The notes under the pieces were generated by a model. That model was not told where the DNA came from. It searched no databases and was given only the letters and a program-made list of their open reading frames with translations. From Stramenopiles sp. TOSAG23-2 (Eukaryota), in contig LT649245.1 of NCBI GenBank assembly GCA_900128395.1, forward strand, positions 1-64,000: a DNA stretch of 64,000 nucleotides, written 5' to 3'. Positions 11,405 to 21,937 of this stretch are shown here, one piece after another. A program made the position numbers and the translations under genes. Within the stretch, counting starts at the first letter, position 1; each line of letters starts with the position of its first letter.

Positions 11405-13223
11405 ATGGGTGGTAATATTTCTTTAGGGAAAAAAACATGTGATATTCCATCAAACTTACCGCATGGACAAGAAATCACATTAGATTTTTTACAAAAATAT
11501 TGGAGTAAAGATATTACTTCACTAAAGGTTGAACAGCTGATGGTTGTTACAAGAGTAGTTGATGGTGAGGGAATTGAAAAAGCAGATGGTGGTGGAGCGT
11601 CCGGTCCTTCTATTGTACGTTTACGGCTAACTTGGGCAGACGGGCAATTCAGTGATGAGCAACCCGAAACGGCCATTGCAAAGACGGAGATACTAACAAA
11701 AAATCCAAAATTCCCATTGGTCCAACGATTATGGTTTGCCAAGAACAAGTTTTATCACGTGGAACTTCAAGCAAATGAACGTAATTTTTACCATGTCAAT
11801 GGCAAAAAAGCAGTTGCAAATGGCTATTCAATGCCTAAAACCTATGTTAGTCTCCGTTCCCATGACGCAATTAAACGTCCTACTGATAACCAAATAATTT
11901 TCTGGGATAAACGTGTTGATTTTAATACTTGTAATATCATGGAAGATATGTCTGGCTTTAAATCCCCTCCACAACGTAAGTAGCCCTTAAAACCATATAT
12001 AGTAGAAATGCTCTGTCTCTCTCTAACATATCACTCTTTCATATACGCTACGCTCTTTACAGAACAAAATCTACCTCAAGACAAAGTAATTGCAGCGTTG
12101 GAAAATATGGCAATACTTCATGCAACGTATTGGGATAGAATGGATGAGTATGAATGGACACCAAGCAACAAAAAATTGGTGAAAGAGTGCGCATGGCTTC
12201 AACGTTTACTACGCTCTTTACAGAACAAAATCTACCTCAAGACAAAGTAATTGCAGCGTTGGAAAATATGGCAATACTTCATGCAACGTATTGGGATAGA
12301 ATGGATGAGTATGAATGGACACCAAGCAACAAAAAATTGGTGAAAGAGTGCGCATGGCTTCAACGTTTAATTCTTGGTATGGATACGGGAAATATGTTTA
12401 ACAAGACACAGTTAACTTTCCATAAGGACAAAGCATTGGAAAAATACATCAAAGATTATACTAGTACAGCACCTGGTCGAGGCACAGAGGTTTGGAAACG
12501 ATTCCTGGGTAATGACAGCGAGATGCCATTGACTGACCCTAAATGTGTAGAAGCGTTTGAAGCGTTAAAAGTGGCAATGGCTGATGAAGCGGTTCAAAAA
12601 CGTATATTTGAAAATCTTACGCCATTAACAATGTGTCATGGTGACTGTCATGGATGGAATCATATGTTTCCAACAGATTCAAATAGTGATTCATCAAGAG
12701 CAGTCGTGGCAGTTGATTTTGGTTTTGTTGGTGAAGGGCGCCCAGCTTGGGATCTTGCATATTTCTTCGCTATGTCGGTTGATGCTTCTAATTTTAAGAA
12801 TGAAGTTGCCGCATTGAAAGCATATTACGCTAAATTAACAAGTGTATCGGAACAAATTGGTGGAAAATTTAACCCTAGCGAGTATTCATATGAGGAGTTT
12901 GAAACTGATTTCTTTTGTGGTGGAATTGCATATGCCATTAAAACCGTTAATAATGCTGGGATTTTTGATACAAAAGCTTTAGTTGTACAAGCCAATAAAA
13001 AAGATGGTGGGAAAGGCGAAAGCTTAAGTTGGAATATTTGTAGTATGGGTCAACGCATGTGTATTAGAACGAAGACATATTATGAGAATGGAGTATTTTT
13101 TGTAGTATGGGTCAACGCATGTGTATTAGAACGAAGACATATTATGAGAATGGAGTATTTGATAAAATTGCTGGGAAGAAGGGTGCTACTACAGTTAATA
13201 AACTATCCGCAGGCAGTGTATAA
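11405..13223 (+). CDS. EcKL/aminoglycoside-phosphotransferase/choline-kinase-like protein, 2 exons (intron 11976-12062), possibly N-myristoylated
   Basis: HGDCHGWN and VAVDFG...PAWDLAYF motifs. The GTAAGT...TTACAG intron keeps frame. Removing the 161-bp and 62-bp duplications gives one ORF ending KLSAGSV*. Starts MGGNIS. Confidence 0.85.
12048..12369. repeat. Exact 161-bp tandem duplication including a splice acceptor (probable artefact)
   Basis: 12048-12208 = 12209-12369. Confidence 0.95.
13037..13160. repeat. Exact 62-bp tandem duplication (probable artefact)
   Basis: 13037-13098 = 13099-13160. Confidence 0.95.
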
Positions 13224-13228
13224 TTGAA

Positions 13229-13440
13229 TGCACATCACATCATATATATAATGTTCTCTTACTCATATATTACATCATATATATAATATATGAGTAAGAG
13301 AAATAATATATAACACATAATAATACGTACTCGTAATATTTATAAGAGAGGGAGAGGTTCAGTATTGAGCATATTATTTACCATGGGAAGTAAAATTATT
13401 ACAGACAGTATAAAATAACTTTTTAGATTTTAACCATCAT
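13229..13440. repeat. Member of a dispersed intergenic repeat family with a 19-bp perfect hairpin (relatives at 5364-5426, 24282-24298, 53738-53909)
   Basis: Shared blocks TTCTCTTACTCATATAT, ATTTACCAYGGGAAGTAAAATTATTA and TAGATTTTAACCATC. Confidence 0.75.
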
Positions 13441-13489
13441 CATTATTCGTAAAAAATATTAAAAAATAAAAATACACACGCATGCTCGC

Positions 13490-13691
13490 ACACACTACAT
13501 CTTCGACGCTACTTTCTGTTTTTTTAAATCGTATCTTGGAATTTCCCCTTTATCCATTAATTCTTGAAAGGCATCCATTAAGACCTCGTGACACACTACA
13601 TCTTCGACGCTACTTTCTGTTTTTTTAAATCGTATCTTGGAATTTCCCCTTTATCCATTAATTCTTGAAAGGCATCAGTTAAGACCTCGTG
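13490..13691. repeat. 101-bp tandem duplication with 2 mismatches (probable artefact)
   Basis: 13490-13590 vs 13591-13691. Confidence 0.93.
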
Positions 13692-14603
13692 AATTGTTTT
13701 TACTTTAACATTTAACGAATTCATTTTCGTTAAATCATATTGTGTCGGCATTGCTTTTTCTTCATCTTTGTACAATTTTTTTGTTGGAATTTCATACGAT
13801 GGAATGAATGTTTTCCAAACTCTCATTAAATCTTCTAAATGTAAAGATTCAACGACTGATAAAAATCTTCCATGAAATCCATCACCTTGCTCGTAACTAG
13901 CAATATGTTGTGCAGCACAGTCTCTAACATCAATCATGCTAAAACTGTCATTAATGATCGATTTGAAAACTACTCCTGAAACCATCGCTTTCAAATTACG
14001 GTTTGTGGCATTAATATTAGGTCCTAAATATGGACCGTATACCATCGTGGGTAAAATTATTGTCAATCGAATATTATTTGCATTACAAAATTTTTCTAAA
14101 TTTCGTTCACACACAACTTTTGCCGCATTATACCATTTTCCTTGTTTCCTAGCTGTCTCTACATCCGTATAATGTTCTTCTGTCTTAATTGCAGGGGTTA
14201 CATTTGGATTTGTAGCTGTCAAGGATGATGTGAAACAAATACATTTCACTGAATTAGTTTTTTTCACAGCACTCATTAAATAATCTGTACCTACAACACT
14301 TGGTGTAAAAACTGTTTCTTCCGTATTCCTTCCATTACTTGGCAAGGATGCTGCAACATGAAAAACAACTTCGGCATTTGCAACTGGCGCATCGAATGAA
14401 TGTTCAGTCATCAAATCTGATTGAAACAGGTTTAGCCGTGAAGAAGCATGATTCAAACTTTTCAAATGATCCACTTTTTCTGGATTGTTTAATTCACGTA
14501 CAGTAGCATTGACAATATAACCTTTGTCTAACAATTGTTTGCAAATATGCGATGCTATAAATCCTGACGCACCCGTCACACATGCAATTTTATTATTCTC
14601 CAT
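13596..14603 (-). CDS. NAD(P)-dependent epimerase/dehydratase (cinnamoyl-CoA reductase/DFR-like SDR) with C-terminal PTS1 (SKM)
   Basis: CVTGASGFIASH, VFHVAA, YxxxK (YNAAK) and IDVRDCA motifs; ends ...VASKM. Confidence 0.92.
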   Translation of the reverse strand: MENNKIACVTGASGFIASHICKQLLDKGYIVNATVRELNNPEKVDHLKSLNHASSRLNLFQSDLMTEHSFDAPVANAEVVFHVAASLPSNGRNTEETVFTPSVVGTDYLMSAVKKTNSVKCICFTSSLTATNPNVTPAIKTEEHYTDVETARKQGKWYNAAKVVCERNLEKFCNANNIRLTIILPTMVYGPYLGPNINATNRNLKAMVSGVVFKSIINDSFSMIDVRDCAAQHIASYEQGDGFHGRFLSVVESLHLEDLMRVWKTFIPSYEIPTKKLYKDEEKAMPTQYDLTKMNSLNVKVKTIHEVLTDAFQELMDKGEIPRYDLKKQKVASKM

Positions 14604-14835
14604 TTGAGCTATTATATTTTGTTGATACTACAATAATATTTGCTGATATGTTTCGTTGTATGTATGTATATAGTATTACATAAATCTTTGCAAATATGCG
14701 ATGCTATAAATCCTGACGCACCCGTCACACATGCAATTTTATTATTCTCCATTTGAGCTATTATATTTTGTTGATACTACAATAATATTTGCTGATATGT
14801 TTCGTTGTATGTATGTATATAGTATTACATAAATC
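14538..14835. repeat. Exact 149-bp tandem duplication over a start codon (probable artefact)
   Basis: 14538-14686 = 14687-14835. Confidence 0.95.
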
Positions 14836-14985
14836 TTTATTATATATTATACCTGGTACATTGATGGACAAGCATACAAGTACCCTATATGGTTTCATAA
14901 ATGGCCAAATAATGGCCACGAGCTAGCATCACACAGCACTCACTACAATTTGCTAGCACATACACACCATTAGTAATGCTATTCC

Positions 14986-15215
14986 ATGCTAAGTTCAAAA
15001 TTGTCCGGAGCAGGCACACAGGATGGGCTAAAAAACATCAATAAATTATATCGATACACTATTGGAAAATGGGTCTCACTTTTTCCAGTAGCATCACATA
15101 GCATATATGCTAAGTTCAAAATTGGCCGGAGCGCACACACAGCATGGGCTAAAAAACATCAATAAATTACATTGATACACTATTACACTCACTCTTTCTA
15201 GTAGCATTACATAGG
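14986..15215. repeat. Diverged 121-bp-period intergenic tandem repeat (likely genuine)
   Basis: ATGCTAAGTTCAAAATTG...GATACACTATT at 14986 and 15107, with several substitutions and an indel. Confidence 0.85.
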
Positions 15216-15484
15216 ATTACATCGTATTATATAGTTAATCAATAGTAATTAGTCTACATAAAGTATAAGTGGCCATTCGACCACCCCCTACAGGACAGGA
15301 AGGGGGGAGTAAGACTGAGAAACAAACACCAACAACCAAAAATATTCATTTTTTATTATTTTCAACAACACCACAGAAATAAAGTAGAACAACAACAACA
15401 ACGGAAAGAGTAGAACTAGAACAACAACGGAAAATTCGACCTAGAACAAGAACAGAAAAGTAGAACTAGGAAAAAAGAAAAACA

Positions 15485-18128
15485 ATGGGAAAGATAGCTC
15501 GTGTCAGTGCTAGGCGTTTGGCATATGACCAAATGAAAGCAGAGCGTAAACAATATATATTAATTGCAAATAATAATAATAATGTAAACAAAAAACAATT
15601 AAGTGAGAATGATATTAATCATTTTATGAAAAACATTGCTAGGCGTTTGGCATATGACCAAATGAAAGCAGAGCGTAAACAATATATATTAATTGCAAAT
15701 AATAATAATAATGTAAACAAAAAACAATTAAGTGAGAATGATATTAATCATTTTATGAAAAACATTGATAAAAATAATACATCGTATTTTGGATTGGTAA
15801 AGTTGAGACAAATAAATCTAGACACACTATTTATGTATGAATCCGTTGAAATCACATTACTGCAATATGCTTGTATGAAAGGAAGAGATAGTATTGTGAT
15901 GAATCTATTACGAGCTAATGCAAATCCAATAATTAGAAATAGAAAAGAAATATTTCATAGTAAAAAACAACAACAGGTAAAAAATCATCATCATGATATA
16001 TTAATATCTTCTTTCATACGAAAAATTGGATATTTTTTATCCTCTTTAAATTTAAGATATACGACATATCTCATGAATCAAATCGTTTCCATGCGAGATG
16101 CTGGAAATAAATATTTCTCTAATAATGATAATAATAACAACAATAAAATTTGTCATTTGTGTAAAGATGTAATTAATAAAAATGAAGCGTGTATATATAA
16201 TAATTGTAATAATAATGATGATGAATCATTAATAACGCAAGAAAAACATATTATATGTGAATATTGTTTATGGGATCAACTAATAAAAAGTGATGAAATG
16301 AATGATGAAGAACCATTTGCTAATTGTCCATTTTGTATTACCAACCATGATAAAGACAATAATAATAATAATAATAACAATAATTGTGATTGTTTAATGA
16401 AAAATTTGTATGAATTTCAATCATTAAATATACATAATAATGACAACAATGATAGCAGTAGTAAAACCAAATTTCAATTATTGCAACAAAGTAAGGATAA
16501 TTTTTATAAATTACCAATAGATAAACTATGCATACGAAAAAAGAAACCGATTGAAAAAACAATGACAACAATGATAGCAGTAGTAAAACCAAATTTCAAT
16601 TATTGCAACAAAGTAAGGATAATTTTTATAAATTACCAATAGATAAACTATGCATACGAAAAAAGAAACCGATTGAAAAAACAATCAAATATAATTCAAG
16701 TAAGTCAAAAAACAATAAAAACCAACGAATGCCAAAGAAAGAATTGCGTACTATGTTAATTGGTGAAACGCAGAAAAAAAGGGTTGAAATGTTTTATCAA
16801 GCGATTGAAACAGGGAATTATTTACGTTTATTGCATATCATATATCAAGGTATCGATGTAAAAAGAAAGAATTGCGTACTATGTTAATTGGTGAAACGCA
16901 GAAAAAAAGGGTTGAAATGTTTTATCAAGCGATTGAAACAGGGAATTATTTACGTTTATTGCATATCATATATCAAGGTATCGATGTAAATATTACAGAT
17001 GAAAATGGAGAGACTGGATTATTGATGGCATCATTTCATTTACCAAAAGAAATGAATGTAGCTATATATGAAAAGAATAATAAAGCTATTCAAGATTACA
17101 TGACGAGGATTTTGGAAAACAATAATCAACATTCTGATTATAATACAATTTGTCATTATATATATTGTACAACAATATTATTAAATTGTGGTTTTGCCAA
17201 TCATAAAATACGATCTCATTATGGTATAAGCTTTGAAGATTATTTGATAACATTACCATCATCTTCCCTCCTTTTTTCATCACCATTATCTTTGTATGGA
17301 AGGAATGATATTGAAGCAATGCTCATTAATAATGGGAATAGTATCATTCTAAAAAATTTATTATCATCATCATCATTAAATAATATATCCTCCAACCACC
17401 CAGGCATAAATTTAGCATTCACAATAGATAATGCATTTAGTAATTTGTTTTTATCCAATTTAGATAAATTGTTTCAAAGCGTTCCACAAGAAAACTCTGA
17501 TAAACGAGATCAAGAAAAAAAATCATATACAAATACATGTGCACGTAGAAAATTTTTCCGAGAAAGATCTACAATGTGGATAATAAAATCAATTGAATAT
17601 ATTCTTTTCTCCTTGAAATCATCTATTGTTAATAAGATGGAAAATAAAACGGAGTCAATAAGTGGCGAAAAATCGTTACAACTTCCTTCCCATGTCTTGC
17701 CACGAATGCGTTTTTTACATTATAGTGATTCAGGAGGGAAAATGGAACCACATGTTGATTTATCAAAAAATCATATTTATTATCAACAAGGTGAAATAAA
17801 TGTTGATTTTAATGGAAAACCCAACTTAGCGATAGAATCAACGTTTACCTTTATATTACATTTACATGATTGCAATGATGGTGGTGAAACAGTTTTCTTG
17901 AAAAAACTAGGCAACAAGCACAAGCACAGGAAGAAGAAGAATACAATTGCTAATGCAACAGTTAAAGAAGAAGTGGAGGATGCAAATAGTGAAGATGATA
18001 TGGCAATAATAGCTCGAGTAAAACCAAAACGTGGACGTTTATTGATATTTCCACACAATGCACCACACCAAGGCTTACCTGTTGGTTTGGATGTTCCAAA
18101 ATTATTTTTAAGAGGAGAGTTGTTTTAA
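15485..18128 (+). CDS. Ankyrin repeat + RING-like zinc finger + 2OG-Fe(II) (prolyl-4-hydroxylase-like) oxygenase, about 754 aa
   Basis: Three track ORFs join in frame after removing the 129, 122 and 128-bp duplications (2265 nt left). Motifs: TLLQYACMKGRDSIVMNLL; CHLC...C...HIICEYC...CPFC; DVNITDENGETGL; PHVD...GGETVF...PKRGRLLIFPHNAPHQG. Confidence 0.85.
15508..16989. repeat. Three tandem duplications (129 bp at 15508, 122 bp at 16439, 128 bp at 16734) splitting one gene (probable artefacts)
   Basis: Each block is immediately repeated; removing them restores a single frame. Confidence 0.93.
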
Positions 18129-18272
18129 AAAAATAAATGGTACGAGAACACAAATTTATTTTAATTTTTTTTAAACTGTTGGTTTGGATGTTCCAAAATT
18201 ATTTTTAAGAGGAGAGTTGTTTTAAAAAAATAAATGGTACGAGAACACAAATTTATTTTAATTTTTTTTAAA
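18079..18272. repeat. Exact 97-bp tandem duplication (probable artefact)
   Basis: 18079-18175 = 18176-18272. Confidence 0.93.
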
Positions 18273-18410
18273 TAATTTTTTACTATCATATTTTTTAACG
18301 TTTCGTAACAGTGGGTATTTTTAAATATAAAATATAATAGTGCAATATGAGATACACGCACACAAAAACACATTTATACGAACACTCAATAATACTGGAG
18401 TAAAACCATT

Positions 18411-19157
18411 TTACTCTTCAACCAATCTATTATAGTCTAAGACTTTTTTTATTCCTGTAGATGCACATTTAATGTAAAGAATAATTGCAAAGATAAAACA
18501 TGCACCACAACCGCATATAAAGAACAATCCTAAGCTAAATGCAAATCCAAATGTTGCATATGCTTGCACTATTATACCCATGAAAAGCCATCCAACACAT
18601 GTAAGCAGCATCCACAAAGGCATCGGAACAACATATATTACATGGCTTACCCATAATCGTGTTTTACTTTTTGGTATAGTCATTAAAAATGTTATCAATA
18701 GTACCGATACTCCCATACTACAAAGTGCACACAAAAAGGAAAACACCCAAATTGCACCGGTTGCTTGATATTTCCAATTTGTATCATCATTTATTTGATC
18801 ATCCACTGGCGTAATGGTCATATTTTGCTGGGTACTGTTATTATTCGTCGTAAAGAAATTACCAACATTTTGAATAACATAAGCTGGATGATCGTTTTCT
18901 CCAAAATTTGGAGGTTCAAAATATGGTCCAATTGCAATTGATGCAACGAATGCACCAACGATACCAACATTTGTCCAATATTGTGTTAAACGATCAAATA
19001 GTTCTTCATCATTTTTTTGCATTTCAAGCATATCAATTTCGACTAAATACATTAACCTTGTCAAGAAACAACTTTTAAGAAATTTAATTTTTTTATCAAT
19101 CGATTCATCATCATTATATGGATTTGTTGTTTCCACCGGTGCAGTATGTACTTGCAT
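18411..19157 (-). CDS. 4-TM membrane protein, PGG-domain-like
   Basis: Four hydrophobic helices; NVGIVGAFVASIAIGPYFEPP resembles the first PGG helix. Confidence 0.75.
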   Translation of the reverse strand: MQVHTAPVETTNPYNDDESIDKKIKFLKSCFLTRLMYLVEIDMLEMQKNDEELFDRLTQYWTNVGIVGAFVASIAIGPYFEPPNFGENDHPAYVIQNVGNFFTTNNNSTQQNMTITPVDDQINDDTNWKYQATGAIWVFSFLCALCSMGVSVLLITFLMTIPKSKTRLWVSHVIYVVPMPLWMLLTCVGWLFMGIIVQAYATFGFAFSLGLFFICGCGACFIFAIILYIKCASTGIKKVLDYNRLVEE

Positions 19158-19464
19158 TGTGTTAAATAGCTGTAAAATTTTTTTTGGGTTAATATATTCT
19201 TTAATAAATGATTACGTTGTTTCGAAATGATTGTATTGTTTTCGAAATGTATTATGTCACACAATAATCAAATCAATATAATTTATATAATTAGAATAAT
19301 ATATATATATGTAGTCGAGACCCTCGCCTCTCTCGCTTACCATCAGTACCCCGACTTCGCTTATGTAAATTATTGAGATAAATATGCACAAATATTGCGG
19401 CCGTTATACATAAATGTGTGCAAATAATAAAAGCTGGTGAAATCGTACTTGGAGATGTATATCG

Positions 19465-19636
19465 TACATAAGGAAAAATTTCTGAACTCAGTCATACTTT
19501 TATTGAAATATATTAAGTATATATATTTGTACACTAGTAGTACTAACAAATAAAATCGGAATCCTAGTATACAAATATATATACTTAATATATTTTAAAA
19601 AAAGTATGACGGATTCCAGAAATTTTTCCTTATGTA
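19465..19636. mobile_element. MITE-like fold-back element (73-bp imperfect inverted arms, TA at both ends)
   Basis: 19465-19537 is the reverse complement of 19564-19636 with a few mismatches, around a 26-nt spacer: TA|CATAAGG...CCTTATG|TA. Confidence 0.6.
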
Positions 19637-20094
19637 AGAGTTTCAGTATTAAATACAGTACGACAATTATTTTCCTATTAAAAAAGTAGTATAGGCACAC
19701 AGCACAGAAAACCTGGAATCCAGTGGTATTGAGATGCTAGCACGCAAGCTCAGGCTACATCCAACATCACTAGTTTGGCCACAATTTTAAATTTGCAGCA
19801 ATTAATGATTTACCAAAATTTACACTACACAGCATTAAAAAAACTGAAGTCGTAAATGTTTAAATGTCCAATATTATACGCACGCGTCTATACATACACA
19901 TATACAATGACATATATGAAAAAGGTATATGTGTGTGTTTTATGATTAAGAGAGTATCACTGTATATATTCAATTCTACAAGATAGTAATCATATTATTA
20001 TCATTGTGTGTATATATATAATTTGCATTTTGTGTCTTTTTTTTTTTTTCCTTGTGTTATAAAGCAATACAATATACATAACAACAACAAAAAG

Positions 20095-21471
20095 ATGAAA
20101 GAAACAAAAGATTCTCAGGAATATTTTAATAATATTTCCAACCTGAAATATTCAAAACTGAAAAAATATCAAGTCGATGAAGGAAAATTATCATCCTCAT
20201 TATCTTCTACTATAAATAATAATATCAATAATAATAATAATAATAATAATAATGCTTATTCTTCCGAGCAGTTACAAATTAATAAGTTAGAACAAGAAGC
20301 TGAAAAAAAACGTAAATCACAAATAAACAACAACAAGTACTTATTCTTCCGAGCAGTTACAAATTAATAAGTTAGAACAAGAAGCTGAAAAAAAACGTAA
20401 ATCACAAATAAACAACAACAAGTATTATTCATTTCATGTATTTTTGCCGTTTTTACCTTTATTTATATTTTGTTTTGTTTTTAACAATAGTACAAGCTCC
20501 AATGAATCATGGCTCCAATCGTTCCGTTTAGCAGTAAGTTTATGTGGGGCATTGGTCACTAGTCATACATGTACAGTTTCGTATATAGCATGGAGGGATT
20601 TAACAGGTCAATGGAAAAAATATTCTTTAATTAAAAATAGAAAACCAACGGTAGAACTATATTTAAATGGTTATAAAAAATTTTTATTTGATATTTCCTT
20701 GATGCTATTGCCAGCAATGACAGTTGTTTGTCACTTTCGTTTTGATGCAGTCATGAATGCTACTTTGGATGATCCTGCTTGGAAAGGATTTTTGAAACAA
20801 TTTATCGGTTATAACATTGGTGAATTATGGGTTGCAGGTGCGCATAAAATTATGCATCATCCATATATATATGCAGCAGTACATAAACGTCATCATTGTG
20901 CTATTAAAGAATTAGTTGCATCAGCAGCTTGGCTTGATACTACTACGGAATTTTTAGTTGCTGAAATACCAGCATTATTAATGGCATTAATGATTCTTCC
21001 AACCAATCCTTTTTGGCATCATTTATTTTTTGCATATCAAGGCTTAGGTGCTGCTAGTGATCATGCAGGTTTTTCATTTGATGATGAAGAGGATGGTGGA
21101 ATAATACATTGGATTCATCAAAATTTTTTCGATGGGGAATATCATTATTTACATCATTTAAATCCAAGTGTAAATTATGCAGAAGAGGAATGGATTGATT
21201 ATTTATTTGGTACGCATCATACATATACAAAATGGTGGTCACGTCGTTTAAAACGTGAAGAGAGAGAAGAGCAACGACGACGAAAGGAGGGGGAAGAAGA
21301 AGAGAAACAATTATTATCATTACAAATCATACATATACAAAATGGTGGTCACGTCGTTTAAAACGTGAAGAGAGAGAAGAGCAACGACGACGAAAGGAGG
21401 GGGAAGAAGAAGAGAAACAATTATTATCATTACAACAAGAAGAACGATTAATGAAAACAACAAAGAAGTGA
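20095..21471 (+). CDS. Fatty acid hydroxylase / sterol desaturase superfamily protein
   Basis: His boxes HKIMH, HKRHH, DHAG and HYLHH. Removing the 85-bp and 110-bp duplications gives one ORF, MKETKDS...MKTTKK*. Confidence 0.88.
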
Positions 21472-21926
21472 GAGAGAGAGAGTGTGTGTGTGTTTTAAAG
21501 CTAGCCAGGCTCTATATAGTAGTAATTTTTTCTTGTGGTGTATAAAACAACTTCCTTCCAGTTTTCTACAACGACACTACTGATCCTAAGTACAATTTTT
21601 TATCTCTTTTGATAGGTTGTAGGCCTATATTTGCTCCGCCGTCCGTCCGTCCCCCCCCTTAATTTGAACTAATATACAAAATATATGTATATTTTGTATA
21701 TATACTAGAACTAAAATACTGTAATGATAAACAATATATAACCATTCACACCGGATGTTGGTACATAATGGTAAAGCTAATAATACAAGAACATTGAAAA
21801 AATATTGTAGATCGTTATATATAGTAATGATAAACAATATATAACCATTCACACCGGATGTTGGTACATAATGGTAAAGCTAATAATACAAGAACATTGA
21901 AAAAATATTGTAGATCGTTATATATA
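20255..21926. repeat. Three tandem duplications (85 bp at 20255, 110 bp at 21216, 103 bp at 21721; probable artefacts)
   Basis: Each block is immediately repeated. Confidence 0.93.
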
Positions 21927-21937
21927 TAAGAAAAACA

